In this document: positions 14,501 to 29,312 of the stretch, in pieces
Layout: every line of letters begins with the position of its first letter
Position numbering within the stretch: position 1 is the stretch's first letter
NCBI GenBank assembly: GCA_964016885.1
Contig: OZ024744.1
Span: forward strand, 7,750,001-7,814,000
Direction: 5' to 3'
Origin: Eledone cirrhosa
Taxonomy: Eukaryota
Length of the DNA stretch: 64,000 nt
Notes under the pieces: model-generated
The model's database searches: none
Told to the model about the DNA's origin: nothing
Seen by the model: only the letters and a program-made list of their open reading frames with translations
Translations under genes and position numbers: made by a program

Positions 14501-14810
14501 CACTACTACCACCACTACCACTACCAACACCCCTACCACTACTACCACCACTACCACTACCAACACCCCTACCACTACTACCACCACTACCACTACCAAC
14601 ACCCATACCACTACTACCACCACTACCACTACCAACACTCCTACCACTACTACCACCACTACCACTACCAACACTCCTACCACTACTACCACCACTACCA
14701 CTACCAACACTCCTACCACTACTACCACCACTACCACTACCAACACATCTAACACTACTACCACCACTACCACTACCAACAACCCTACCACTACTACCAT
14801 CATCATCAGC
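11590..14810. repeat. ACC/ACT-rich minisatellite, ~36-bp unit (CCACTACCACTACCAACACCCCTACCACTACTACCA)
   Basis: Continuous tandem array; the long GS-rich and poly-V ORFs are its translations. Confidence 0.97.
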
Positions 14811-15024
14811 AGCATTATTACGGGAGAAAATACAACAGGAAATATTGACAGAACGAACCGAACGACATTTAAAAATATATTCTAGTGTTTGTTTCCTTAC
14901 ACTTTAGGTTTAAAGCCCTCTCTAGTATGTCTCCTTTTCTCTCCCGAAATATGTAAAATAGACCATGATGTGTATTTACTCTTTATTGTGTTGTATCAGA
15001 TGAAAGAATGGTATTTAACTAATG

Positions 15025-15315
15025 TATTGGTACGCGATGGGGCCCACCTACAGCCCCGGTGGACAGAATGGAGAAGGCGTTTCCCTGGAGGACGGCAAGG
15101 GAGACGCACTGGACGAGCCACTCCAACTCGCCAGGCTCACACCTGCAGCTGGCCAGCTCAGCTTCTATGGTGGTGATTAAGGAGGTAGCCCTGGGGCCGA
15201 GGACACCAGAATTCTCCACTGCCAGGGGAACGACCGCAAACCTTTTCGGAGAGCGACCTGTATTTGAGGAGTTTGGCCCCCTCAGTCCGACGTGCAGCAG
15301 AACCTGTACTAACTT
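15025..15315 (-). mobile_element. CRE-like non-LTR retrotransposon 3' fragment
   Basis: RFAVVPLAVENSGVLGPRATSLITTI..CEPGELEWLVQCVSLAVLQGNAFSIL; homologous to 29430-29980 and 46900-47265. Confidence 0.75.
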
Positions 15316-15489
15316 CCTTTTATGCAGCAATACTCCTTCGTTTTTCACAAATTCTCGTCTGTTACAAATTCACTCTTCTTTACAAAGTTTCACCCTGTCG
15401 CATCTTTTAAAAATTTATTTTCTGTTAAAGTTAGAAATCTCTACGTGACACCAGTATGGCGGTGATCAGAGATTAAATGGACGATGGAT

Positions 15490-15690
15490 TCGCAGAAACG
15501 TGAGAGCGTCGGATTAAACACCTTTGTAATGGTACTGGCCCACTAGTCTTTGAATTCCTATTCCACCCGAGATCAACTTTGTCTTTCATACTTTTGGTAT
15601 CGGTAGATTGCCGAAATCATTAAAGAATTAAGGAGATGCTTTGCAATATATATTCCGATTCTGTACGTTCTGAGTTCGAATCCCGCCACC
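15490..15690 (+). mobile_element. Degenerate tRNA-derived SINE fragments
   Basis: B-box-like GAGTTCGAATCCCGCC at ~15672; body similar to SINE at 61660-61835. Confidence 0.5.
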
Positions 15691-16405
15691 TTTCACCGAA
15701 ACAAGCGGTGATGTTATTAGTATGGGTGGAGGGTCTCTAAGAAGCACATTAGCCTAAAGAAGGGATCAAACTGCCCTATCCTGTATCGTGCCAGTAAAAT
15801 ATATTTGCCGAAATATACTTAGAAGTGATTTGGTCGTTTCATTATTTTATATTCTTTAAAGATCAAAGAGGTGCCGAAATCAGAATATACAGGGACGTAA
15901 CTAATGTACTTTTTACCCATTTATTTTGAAATTCAGCAACTCTATTTTAATCATTTTTGTTTTCATATTTTATTTTTCTTCATAATAAATCATTCGGATT
16001 TTACTATCATACTTTGTTTTCTTCATCTTTTAATGCACAATTGTGCCGATTGTGACAGATTTTTGCTGGAAGTAGTCTGTGATCTTAAAGTGAAAGATTA
16101 TACAGCCCAACAGCAGCTAAATGCTAAAAATTAAAGATTTTAAATCTATAATTTTTAATTCTTATTAATTCTTTTTAATTGTAATCTTCAACATTTGATA
16201 AGATGAATTTTAGGAGACTAAAACCAGTAATACTTTATATACTTTATAAAACTATTTTTTAAAAGAATTGTCCCTCTCATTTTTTTCAATAATGTCACTT
16301 TGAAGAATCAAATGAAAGGAAAAAAAAAAAAACAGACCCTTAAATATATTTTCCGTGCTATTCCCAATTTCACCTTTTCCTTCTCTTTCTCTCGCTTTCT
16401 GTTAT

Positions 16406-16502
<97 letters not shown>

Positions 16503-16504
<2 letters not shown>

Positions 16505-16590
16505 CCTTCTTCTTCGGTATTAAGCGTTAACCTAATATATTCCTTTCATATACTGTACCGATTGTGTTGTCGTTTCTGTTTACCTTTTAC
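16503..16590 (+). mobile_element. PLE 3' tail fragment (family of 18310/34690/38850/47570)
   Basis: CATATACTGTACCGATTGTGTTGTCGTTTCTGTTTACCTTTTAC is the reverse complement of the end of the 34690 tail. Confidence 0.65.
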
Positions 16591-16603
16591 ACACACTCAC
16601 ACA

Positions 16604-16640
<37 letters not shown>

Positions 16641-17384
16641 ACACACTCGCGCACGCACAAACACGCACACATATATATATATGCAAAGAGAAATTGCCGG
16701 TGAAGCATATGGAGGGGATGAAAGAAAGAGAACTTTATATTTATTTATTTAGTTTGGTATTTATATGCTGTGATTGTTTGTGATTGTTATAATAAATATA
16801 GACATAAATAATAGGAGACTAAAATGGAGATCCCACTTGTTATAACGACTGCCGACATAATTTCTTCTTTTCATTTTCTATTTTCAGACACACGGACAAT
16901 TCTAACGGAAATTATATTAAGATTCAACAATATTACACTCTAAAACGTTGATTCTGCAGCAGCTTACCTGTTGTTTATTATTTTTATTCTCTTCAAAACC
17001 GAACTACCAGATATCAACAGAACATATGTTCTAATTATGGCTCCATAATAGGTCGGAATATTTTTGTCTCCGATGAATTTATCAGAAATTTCGTTTGCAA
17101 GAAAAAGAAATGGTTTCCTTTAGAAAATCTCAACAGCACAAAGACGAGGTAAAAAAATGAATTGCATAAATTAATTTCTGTGCGTGTATCTGTGTTTGTA
17201 TATGTGTAGATGCGTGTGTATGTGTTTGTGACACTGGGTGTGTATGCTTGTCCAAGTGTGAGTGTTTGTGCCGGTGTGTATTTATATATATGTAATATAT
17301 ATCTATACATACACCAGGTGGAGCTATTAAGTTAGACATGGCCTATATATATATATCTACAAAGTTATATATATATAAATATAT

Positions 17385-18311
<927 letters not shown>

Positions 18312-18667
18312 TGTTTGTAAAAGGTAAACAGAAATAACAACACAATCGGTACAGTATATGGAAGGTATATACTAGGTTAACGCTTGATATAGCAGGAAGA
18401 GGGTCTTAACGTTTTGGACGCTAGTCCTTCATCAGAAGAAAGAATGAGAAATAAGATAGATTGAGGGACGGGCGGGATGGAATTGGAAAAAATATATTTA
18501 GATAAAAATAACAGGTTCATTCATGTTGACATATCTTGCAAAACTGTTGGTGCTGGCGTCTTGTGTATGATTTATACTTTAGAAAAGTGGATGATGGCGC
18601 GTGTCTATCTGAAATGGAAATAAAAAAACATTTTGTAAAAAGAGCTATACTTGGGCACGTGCGAAAG

Positions 18668-18702
<35 letters not shown>

Positions 18703-18925
18703 ATACGTCCGTATGAAGCTAAGAAGAAATGTTTGTGTATATGTGAGTAAAAGAGTGTGTGTGCTTGTAAGTACGAAGCTATGAGCAAAAGTATGTTAAT
18801 ATAAGGGTGTGTATGTATACAGAGCAGTGAAGGGAAAAGTGGAGTGAGCATATATAGTCGACCTGTATTAGTTGTAAGAGAAGATGTTAATGATCAAGAG
18901 AGAGCGATAGGAATCTAGGGGTGTA
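18312..18925 (-). mobile_element. PLE 3' tail with degenerate HHR (~18405-18437)
   Basis: Near-identical to 34690-35330; minus strand CTGATGA-A-GGAC-TAGC-GTCC-AAAA-CGTT-A (G12 lost). Confidence 0.8.
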
Positions 18926-18935
18926 ACATGTAACG

Positions 18936-19018
18936 AACATGTAACAATATGTGTTCAAATCGCAAGGGGCAGAGACAGTGGTTTTCTGTCCCTTGCGATT
19001 TGAATACATAGTTACATA
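18936..19018. repeat. Imperfect ~80-bp hairpin
   Basis: ATGTAAC..TATGTGTTCAAATCGCAAGGG / CCCTTGCGATTTGAATACATAGTTACAT. Confidence 0.8.
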
Positions 19019-20264
19019 TCTGTGTTCGTCCCTCTTTACAGTATTAGAAGGTTCGGAAAACATTTTCTCCTTGAGCTATTTTAATTATAGTGGACTTTTG
19101 TGAGTTTTTAACTCACAATACTTTTGATATATATATACACACACACATATATATGTATACATTCTCTATATGTATACATATAGAGAATGTGAGAAGACGA
19201 AGTGTGAGAACCATTCCAATGTCGTCTCATTACTTAGCGCTATTTATTCCGGCTCTCTAAGTTGTTGTTTCAAATGAGACTATTCACAACGCCGGCTTTC
19301 ATCAATTTGTGATCGATAAATACAGTAACAATCTCTGACATCGATCTGCTGAAACTGTAGATGCCTTCATATCTTTTTCGGCCATTTGCTATATAGATTC
19401 CTTTTTTCCTTGGCAAAAGGGGAACAAGAATTTATAGGCGGATAATAGTATTTTGTGTGTATTCCATTTGTTTGAGCAGCCGAACATCCTGCTCATGAAA
19501 TTAACCTGTAAGTGATTGAGCATGTTGTGGAGATGTGCAGCCTTAAAACAAATCTGAGGGAGATTCAAATGTCGCAATGTGTAACAATTGTAGTCCTTTG
19601 CATCACAACACATTCTAGTTTAATTGAGTGGAGGAAGGGAAAATAAAGGAGCTTGCTCAAAGAAATATCTCATTGGAAATCAAACTCACATTCTAATCCC
19701 AGGAACTAAATACACTAAATACGAGACCTTGCTCCCCTGTCTTCTGTCTATATAAATATTCTGTTGTGTATGAGCTCCATTTTACTCTCAAGAACCACAA
19801 TTTTATTTTCTGAAATTTCGTTGCTATAATTTAGAAACGATTTACCACTTCTATAACCATATTTCTAACGGAATACACTTTTAATTTATTAAAATTTGGA
19901 ATGGTTTAATAAAATTATTTATTATTCCATTGTTAAGATATTTGTAGCATAACTTTACAACACTTCTCATATCAAATTATGTATGCAGGTTTGAATATAA
20001 ATAGAAGCACTTTAAAATTGGTGGTTTTGTTTCATAAGACCAAAGTAATTTTCAACAGGCTGGAGTCAAAAAGGTTCACAGTATTCAGCGGCCATCTTTC
20101 TTTCTGAATTGACATGTTGCAGAGCGCAGATATTAGTGTTTTGTTTTACGTTTTAGTGTTGTTTCTATGGCATTGAATATAAATGAAGTAATATGAATGC
20201 AGTTCATATCAGTACTTATTGCTGAACATTGTGCATACGCTTAAATCCTGATTATTATTATTAG

Positions 20265-20400
20265 AATTACGGCCCTTTCCATTCTGATATCAAATCCCGC
20301 CGAGGTTAACTTTGCTTTTCATCCTTACGGGGTGGATAAAATAAAGTACTTGTAATACACTGGGTAATTGCTGGCCTTGTGCCAAAAGTAGAAACAATTA
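20265..20400 (+). mobile_element. tRNA-derived SINE
   Basis: TCAAATCCCGCCGAGGTTAACTTTGC..CATCCTTACGGGG..GATAAAATAAAGTAC..CTGGCCTTGTGCCAAAAGTAGAAAC; multiple copies in window. Confidence 0.8.
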
Positions 20401-20412
20401 ATTATTATTATT

Positions 20413-20820
20413 GCGTTATATCGATTAGCTCAGTTCTGTTTCTCTATTGCCAGGTTCAGGCCTTAAACCTAGTGCAATAGATGTTTCCATTGTAGAGAGA
20501 GAACCTGTCTGAGAATGTCTGCTGTTCCTAGAAGCCTGATCTTCTGTAGCTCATATTTGCTGATCTGCAGGGAAGGATACTAAGGTTCACAGTAGTCTGA
20601 AGATTTTGGTATTAATCCTAATGCTCTATTACCACAGGGATAGTGTTTGTGGTCATCCTCCACATGTGGTTGATCTCTATTCCCAGGTCTTTGTATTTTG
20701 ACCTTCTCCATTGTTTTTATAGATGTATTCTTGTCAGCTGGTACGGAAATATCTATCAGGCTACATGTCAGATCTGTTTTTTTTTTTATGATATGTAATC
20801 TGTTGGCAGTGATTTCTCCA
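20413..20820 (-). mobile_element. R4/Dong-clade LINE 3' fragment (REL endonuclease C-terminus)
   Basis: Manual minus-strand translation across frameshifts: LIDISVPADKN..KYKDLGIEINHMWRMTTNTIPVVI..ALGLIPK..YELQKIRLLGTADILRQVL; ends in a (TAA)n tract. Confidence 0.72.
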
Positions 20821-20929
20821 TACGAGAGTTATTGCCCGTTAAGTTCTGAGTTAACTGGAGTTAAGTTCTGAGTTTAAATCCCGCCAAGGCGGGTAATGAG
20901 GTCAGTGGAACTTCCACTCTCGTGTTTTA

Positions 20930-23900
20930 TAGTGGTGGGCAAGTACGAGAAGGCATTCAGAGAGACTCTGGGCGTCGACGAAGTCGAAATGACCGGTTTG
21001 TTCCGGGGGACTTTCGAGCCGGAGACGATGGATAACTTCCAGAAATTCCTCGCTTGGCAGTGCTACCGGGGGGAACTACCGGTTTGAAATAAACTCTACA
21101 GGCACGAAGGAGGACCTGCCCGAGATGCGTTCAGAATGGTTTCGTCGTTCTGCATGCATTCGTCCAGTGTCTGTAAATTACTGACTTGTGGAGTTATGTC
21201 GGGCCTGTGTTGTTTCAGAGAAGTCTGGATCTCGAGATATGGGCTGTGTTCTTCGACCCAGAAGGTAAGTTGGTGGTGCAGATTGGGGCAAGCTTTTAGG
21301 CTAGTAGCCGTCTATGCCCCAACAGGAGCAGGACGGCCTGACTTCTTCCGGCGTCTGGAGACCTTTATTGGAACGTCCCGTTCTTTAGTGTTAGTGGGCG
21401 ACTGGAACGTGATCTTAGATGCCCGCTGGGATTGTTTAGGATTAGCAGATAGGGGAGGAGGGTGTAAAAGCCTCGCAAAACTGCTCAGATGTTTTCAACA
21501 ATCTGACAGGTACCGTTTGGATTTCCGGAATGTGCCAATGTGGACATGGACAAACAGCATCGGGTCATCCAGATCATATCTAGATAGGCTATTTTGTAGG
21601 GAAATAGATAGGTCTAGTATAGGCTGTCCACATTTCAAGATAGCCGACTACACGGACCACAAATTCGTGATCTGTGAGGTTGACTTAGATAGGCTTCGTA
21701 GACAGGCACCCAGCGACTGGAAGCCAAACGCGTTGTCAACAGCGCGCAAAACCTACAGAGACCGGCTTAGCGAACTAGTTAAGCGGGTGTTGATGGAGGC
21801 AATCGTCAACAATAAAATGGTCGTTTGTCCTGAAAAGAGCGATTAGAATAGAGTCCATTAGGTTTAGTAAGGCTTTAGCAATAGAGAAAAATAGAGCAGA
21901 GGGTGAACTAGTTAGAAAATTAGACGAGGCGCTTAGTAAAGACATCACGACCGACGTACTTGCGGCGAAATTGGTCCCCGACCAATTCTTCAACGCAAAG
22001 CACGAAGGCTGCGTTGTCAGAGCTAGGGTGCGTGCTCTCAGATACGAGGGGGCGAAAGCCGTTCGATGGGCCCGAATGGCGGAGGCACCTCGTGGCAACA
22101 AAGCCACGATCTGGTCTTTGGTGGACCACGACGGGCGCATGTTATTCGAACCCCAGCAAATGTGTGTGGCTTTTCAGCGACACTTCGCTCAGCGGTGGGT
22201 CGGATCGCAGAATGAGCGTTAGCGCCTACCTCGACGGACTGCCGCGGCTCTGAGCCACTGAAGAGGAGAGTTGTGAAAAGCCGATAACAGCCGCTGAAGT
22301 ACGGGAGGCAATGGCTGGCTGCACAAGGGGTAAATCGCCTGGTTTAGATGATCTGCCCTACTAATTTCACGTACACATGCCAGACTTGTTCGGAGGCCTC
22401 TTGGCGGACGTCTACTGCAACTTAGAACAGAACGGGAGAATTCCCAGCTTTATAAGCCGAGGAGCTCTACCGCTGCAGAGAAAGGATCCGAAGTAGGGGG
22501 ACTTGATTTCAGGCCCATAACTCTGTAAAACACAGAATTCAAGATTTTGGCTGAGCCGTTGGCAAAGAGGTTAGCGCTTGTCGTCGGTGGTCTGGTGGGA
22601 GAGGCGCAGACATGCGCCATTCCAGACAGATTCATCCACAAAAACCTCCAGCTCATGCGATACATCGTGTTGCGGGTAGCTAAAGAAGCTGGCATGGGAG
22701 GGGCCTTGATCAATTTAGATCAGTCGAAAGCTTTCGATAGGGTCGACCCTCGTTACCTGGCGGCATGCTGAGGTCGACCCGCTTTGGGTCCGTCTTCAGA
22801 GGCTGGACCGCTGCCATGCACAGCGACATCTGCTCTGTGGTGGAAGTGAACGGTCACCTTTCGGAACCGTTCAACATCATGCGCTCGTTCCACCAAGGAT
22901 GTCCCCTCTCGTCCCTGTTGTACGTATTGACTCTCGAGCCATTACTGCACAAACTGGAGATGTTTAGGGGCATCCCACGAGAAGTGGGATACGGGAGAAA
23001 AACTGGGACGAGGTGACGAGCAGAGTGGCTTCTCTCACCCAGAAATGGGCCGAGAGGAAGCTATTTCTGAAAGGTCGAGCGGAGGGGGCGAACACTTACA
23101 TCGCCTCCGTCATCTACTACCGACTGACCGTCGTGCCTTGTCCTATGCCTCGCCTGACTGCGCCGGAGCATTTTCTCTTTCGCTATTTGTGGAAGGGACG
23201 TGCTCCGATGGTCAGGCGGTCCATCTGCTGTCAACACCCGCTACGTGGAGGACTGGGCATGCCGTGGCTGATGATGCGCAGACATGCGCTCAGGCTACGA
23301 CATCTCCACTTCTTCCTCGACGGTGATCAGGTGTGGTCACCATTTGTTAGACGCGTGTTTTCCCAGCTCGTCTCATTGACGGAGCTGCAGTCCTGGGTCA
23401 AGCGAAGACCAAGAGGGAGTGTTTGGAGTCTGGAATGTCTTCAGGCGCTTACACCCCTCGACCAGTCGGGCAATGCGATCGGTGGAAACTCCACCTTGGC
23501 GTTCTATGGAGGGTTAGTGGAGGGAAAGAGCGACGACCTCCTCGGAGAGACTCTGGGCGTCGACGAAAATCAACTTACCAATCTCTTCTGAAGAATTTTC
23601 GGGCCGGGGCCGATCGACAACTTCCAGAAATCCCTGGCCTGGTAGTGCTACCGGGGAACTTTGCCAGAGTGGGATAAACTCTACAAGCATGGAAGTGCCG
23701 CCAGCCGGGCCTGTCCGAAATGTGCGTAGTGCGACGAAACCGTCCTGCACGCACTCGTCCAGGCAGTTTTTATCTGTCTGGTAGCCATGGCGAAAGAGAT
23801 AGTATGGTGGACACGTCTGAAAGGGCTGAAGATGAGCACTTACCTCTTCGGTGATGCCCTAATTAACTTTTTCAAATTTCATTTGAAAAGGAAAATCAGG

Positions 23901-24262
23901 GTAGAGAGGGAAGTGCTCTCTTCCCAGCATTTTGTTGAAAGATGGGCGAGAGAGGCAAGAATGGCCCGAGTGAATGGGCCTACTCTGAGTATGTGTCTGT
24001 AAATTGCAGGTGAAAAACTGGGACAAGGCACTTGCCCTGATGATCAGGGTCAACGTGGCCTTTTTAATGGGCTTTCTCCACAAATGTCCCTCGGAGGTCT
24101 CCTCCACCCCGTATTGGGGAATTTTTCTTTGTTTCATTTTTTTTTGTCATTTCCTTTGTTATTGTTTCTTTCTTCACACTCAGAAATGCCCATTTGTACC
24201 GTCCTGTACCGTCCTGTCCTTAATGTTATACACTATGTCAACCCTTGTGGTTAATAAAGAAA
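20930..24262 (+). mobile_element. L1/Tx1-clade LINE ORF2 remnant (APE endonuclease, RT, C-terminal region, 3' UTR)
   Basis: VAVYAP, LVGDWN, SYLDR, TDH (APE); KSPGLD, DFRPITL, LDQSKAFDRVD, QGCPLS (RT); many stops and an internal deletion; AATAAA near 24253. Confidence 0.92.
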
Positions 24263-25817
24263 GCATTATTATCGATCCTATCATGGTGGATAAATAAAGT
24301 GCCAATTCCCAAATTGCTTGACGTGTGTTTAAGTTTAAACAATTATTTGCATTATTTTAGCTAAGTAATCGCATTAATGTTTCATATTTTTCCTTTTTAT
24401 TGATCACTATGTCTAAATAATTTTACATGCGAGGATATTATATAGTTCGCTATTTGAAACAGCTATTGTTGATGGGTAGGCAACATGTAAGAATTTCTGT
24501 TGTTGATAAGCGGGAACATTGGATACAACCTTGTTGTTTGTGTTATTGAGATTGTTGTTGTCCCTGTGAGTATTATCACTGGCAGCTATCACTAAACGTA
24601 GACTGTTAACCGAATTATATTTCAAAGAACCTCACCAGATAACATATACATGTATCTACAATTCAGCAATAACACCTATATTTTGTTTAGATTCTCAATA
24701 CATTGCATATCAGCATGTCATATTTACAAATTGCGCAAAACATAAATCTTTTTATCTGTTTTCGTAGATGGCAGCATTTTTACGTATTTTGCGCCCTATG
24801 ATAATAGAAGCATTTACTACAATTCTTAATAGATCCAAGTGTACCACTTGGATCTATTATGATATCACATTATCAACATCATCATCATTATAATTATAAT
24901 TATAATTGTCATGATCTATCAAAGAACAACATCAAATCCTCTTATATTTACATTCTTATTTTATATATCTCTATTTTTCACTCTTTATCTTAATATTTCT
25001 CTCCCTAAATTTATTTCATCTCTGTCATTTTATTTTGTCATATAATATAACTTAAAACTAATTAATTAATTTATTTAATAAAATAACCAATACACACATA
25101 AATATATTTAACATTATCATATTTTCACCATTTTTCATATATTTTTTATATATCTATTTTTGTTTTTATTTACACCTATTCATGCATTAACGTTTATTCA
25201 TCTATCTGTCCCTCTAGTCTTCTCTCTATCCTACGTTATTTTTACTTATGTTTGTCTCTCATTTATCTGCCATCATCTTCTATATATCTTCTCTTTATAT
25301 TTCTATCTATAATAATTTCTCCCTTTCTTCTTCTTTCGCTTTTTCTTTTTCCTTCTTCTTTTTCCTTCTTCTTTTTCCTTTCTTTCTTTACTGTATCTAT
25401 CTCCCTTTCTTCCTCCTTTTCCTTCTATATCTTTATTATTAATATTATTATTGATGATGTAATTTGAATTTGTAAATTTGCCGGTTACATATATATTTTT
25501 TTAACAGTTTCTGAAGATCTAATAGAGCTAACATCGTATTTAAAATTGAGTGGCATTGCTTTTAGTGTTCAGCAATTTTTAGACATCTCTATCAGTGAAA
25601 CAATTGTTAGACTGCAAATAAATCCCCTTTTTTGTACTGTTGACCATGTTATTCTCCACATTTTCAATTTTATTACTACAAGATAAACTTACATAGGAAT
25701 ACAAGTGAAATCATAAAGTCGTCATCAATGTAAACCTCTTGTTGAGTCAAGCAACGCCGTACACTACAACTTTCCATAATAAGAAGTATTCACAACCTAT
25801 AACGATATTTTGTTATC

Positions 25818-25855
<38 letters not shown>

Positions 25856-26039
25856 CACTTATATCTAAATGTGTATATGTGTGTGTATATGTATATAAAC
25901 ATATCGTTTTATAATTTTCTATAAATTTGTTTATATATTATTTTTCTTACATATTGATTTTTATATAATCTTTTATATATTTTTTCTTATGTATATTTTC
26001 CGTCATTTTTCCATCCTCACTTCCAATTTTTAACAGATT

Positions 26040-26205
26040 TTAAATCTGATGAACGATCCAGACGTATATTAATATTGTCTAGGGTCCATAAACCTTTGGT
26101 AATGGAGTAGTTATATATTGTGTTGATCACTTTCTAATTAAATAGTTCTGTTCTATACATAGAGCACTCTTTTTTCTTTGCTTTTTCTTCAGAAATTCCT
26201 AAAAC
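26040..26205 (+). mobile_element. Probable PLE tail with degenerate HHR
   Basis: CTGATGA at 26046 followed by long hairpin, GAAA mutated; tail matches reverse complement of 61415-61465. Confidence 0.45.
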
Positions 26206-26286
26206 ATATATATATAGATAGATATATTATATATATATATATACTATATATTATATATATATATATACTATATATTATATATATAC

Positions 26287-26365
<79 letters not shown>

Positions 26366-26405
26366 TAGATAGATAGATAGATAGTTAGAAACATATATAT
26401 ATGTG

Positions 26406-26464
<59 letters not shown>

Positions 26465-26709
26465 GTATATATATAATATATAGTATATATATATATATAA
26501 TATATAGTATATATATATATATAATATATAGTATATATATATATATATAATATATAGTATATATATATATATAATATATAGTATATATATATATAATTTA
26601 TAGTATATATATATATAATTTATAGTATATATATATATAATATATAGTATATATATAGTATATATATATAATATATAGACAAAGTATAACAATATATATA
26701 TATATATGT

Positions 26710-27745
26710 ATTGTTATACTTTGGGAGGGTCATTTTGCCAGTGAGAAACACACGCACCAGTTGCTTTCACTCCAATTTATTATGAAATTAAATTTATAAA
26801 TTTTCGGTTGGTTGGTTGGTTCCACAACCGCACGGTTGGTCATATATTGCCAAATTTATTTCGTTCTTTCGTCACACATTCTGTGACCTCATCAGTGACC
26901 GGGGATTCTTTTCTTTGTTTTGTGCCTCTCCTTTGTTCTGTCCTACGCCATCTTGTTTTTGTGCGTGTTGTGTGCTTAGTTTGCGCATGTGTTACATCCA
27001 CGTGTCTGTGGGTGTTTTAATTTGTTTATTTATTTGTTTATTTACATGTTACTGGTTGGTTGTTTGTTCTATATGTGTGTGTTTTCATTGTATCCTTAAT
27101 TATGTGATGTTGCTATTCTATTCATGTTTTCTATTTAATTTTGGTTGGAGTTCATTTATGTTTATTGCCTCTGTCATTTGTCTAAACATTGCATCTTTTC
27201 TGTGTGTATATTTTATTTTTATTTCTATGTTCTCTAATTTGCCCTTATGTTCTACTTTAGCATGTTAGTCGAGTACAGATGAGTCTTTTCTATCTTGAAG
27301 CTCTCGCCAGTGTTCATTTAATCGTTCTCCTATACTACGAGCTGTCTCACCTATGTACACTATATTCTTATCTTTACATTGTCCCTCAGTACACCTTATG
27401 CTATATACTATATTTCTAGTTTTACAGTTAATATGGGGGCTTAGTTTACAGATTATGCATTTCTTATCTATACAGGGAGGTCTTTGAAAAGGGTATGTAT
27501 TACTAATAAGTGTTTTTATGGAGATACCTGGTCTTTCTACTATCTTAATATTCAGTTTAAGTTTATCTAGGGTCCTTCTAAATTTGTAAGCTAATTCACC
27601 TCTAGGGGTTGTATTGACGAACATGGTATTTATTGCTATCATACCATGAGTTTATTCTATTAACCTTATTCCTAATTCTTTCTATTCTATTCCAAAATTT
27701 GCTCCTATACAAGATAAATAATCTTGCTAAACAAATTCAGAAACG

Positions 27746-27746
<1 letters not shown>
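26710..27746 (-). mobile_element. PLE 3' fragment (linker, GIY-YIG, HHR, tail) with inverted tail at 5' end
   Basis: CIDKKCIIC..NCKTRNIVYSIRC..VYIGETARSIGERLNEH; HHR core at 26867-26895; 27711-27746 is the inverse of the terminus at 31636-31670. Confidence 0.9.
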
Positions 27747-27769
<23 letters not shown>

Positions 27770-27777
<8 letters not shown>

Positions 27778-28470
27778 GTATGTGTGTGTGTCTGTGTGTC
27801 TGTGTGTCTGTGTATTACATATAGGAGCCTACATCTTACGACCAAATTTCATAAATCTTTACATGCTCATAGATTAGTCATCGGGGAGTGTTTTCTATAT
27901 ATTAGCGTATCGTTTTTTTTTATTCCGGGGTCCTTCTGCAGATAAAAATCGATAGGGGTGTCACCTTTTTTTAGGTATCGAAAATAAGATTTTTGGCTCT
28001 AGCTCCCACATTTTGCCACCGATTCCGTTCAAATGTTAAAGCAAAATAGAATTTATCATTGCATATGCTGTAATGGCTTTATATTTTGAATTCGTTATTC
28101 ACGGACGGCGTGGCAGCCGCTTAAATATTCAAAAGTACCACTTTTAGACTCAAATTTCCACTTTTTCGGCTTTAGCTCCCACATTAATCAACCTACTTTG
28201 TTCAAATTTTACACTAGGCTAGATCTGATTATTTCACGTCTTAACGTGGCTTTGCATTTTGGATTTCTTTCATTCAGGAACGGCGTGGCAGCCGCTTAAA
28301 TATTCGAAAATACGACCTTTTCGCTCAAATTTCCGCCTTTTCGGCTCTAGCTCCCACATTTTTCAACCGATTTCGTTCAAATTCGAAACTTCGGCTCTAC
28401 CTCACACATACATCAATTTATTTGGTTCAACTTTTATACTACGATAGAACCTATCATTGCACATCTTATA
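27770..28470 (+). mobile_element. Putative non-autonomous Helitron-like element 5' part with internal subrepeats
   Basis: Starts TATATATAAAA..(TG/TC)n then repeated TTTCGGCTTTAGCTCCCACATT..CCGATTTCGTTCAAAT blocks; no 3' CTAG end identified. Confidence 0.45.
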
Positions 28471-29038
28471 GATGGTCAAAGGAAAAACGATGACCACTGA
28501 CATCGTCTGAGCTTTTAGTTGTGTATTTGAGAATTCATCGGTTTTCAATCAAGTAGCGTGAGGAAATTTGGCTTAGTGTTAGAGGTCATTACCTCCCTCC
28601 CCCAGCATTCCCCTTCATCAGTCACCCGCGTTTCTCAGTGATAGAGGTCATCGCCACAGTTGGTAAACGGGGGTGGGTGGTAAACGGGGGCGGGTGGTAG
28701 ATGGGGAATAATTAATTTCCCTTTAAATATCGCAGAATTGAGGAATTATTAAGAATTGTAAAAATTGTAAAGCTGGTAGATGGGATTGTTATAGAAGGTA
28801 GCTGGCAAAAGTATAAATAGCAACATTGAAAAGGGGGAAAGGGAGAGGAGAGAATGAGAAAAAGAGAGAGAAAAAGAGAGAGAAAGAGGAGAAGCAAGGG
28901 TTTAGCAGTCAGAAGGAATTCGTTGGGGGTGATTGTTTGTGTGACATCTGCCACAACCTGCGACAACAACAACATCAGCCACAACAATAAGGACAGCATT
29001 GACAGCTAGGGCCATATTTCTTTGGCTGGTAAACTACT

Positions 29039-29312
29039 GAAGAAGAAGAAGAAGAAGAAGAAGAAGAAGAAGAAGAAGAAGAAGAAGAAGAAGAAGAAGA
29101 AGAAGAAGAAGAAGAAGAAGAAGAAGAAGAAGAAGAAGAAGAAGAAGAAGAAGAAGAAGAAGAAGAAGAAGAAGAAGAAGAAGAAGAAGAAGAAGAAGAA
29201 GAAGAAGAAGAAGAAGAAGAAGAAGAAGAAGAAGAAGAAGAAGAAGAAGAAGAAGAAGAAGAAGAAGAAGAAGAAGAAGAAGAAGAAGAAGAAGAAAAGG
29301 AAAAAGAAGAAG
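29039..29312. repeat. (AAG)n microsatellite
   Basis: Long, nearly pure GAA run. Confidence 0.99.

Noticed and set aside
11931-14815. 891-aa Gly/Ser-rich and 791-aa poly-Val ORFs (silk- or mucin-like)
   Set aside because: Several frames are open because the unit length is a multiple of 3 and lacks stops; no signal peptide or unique termini.
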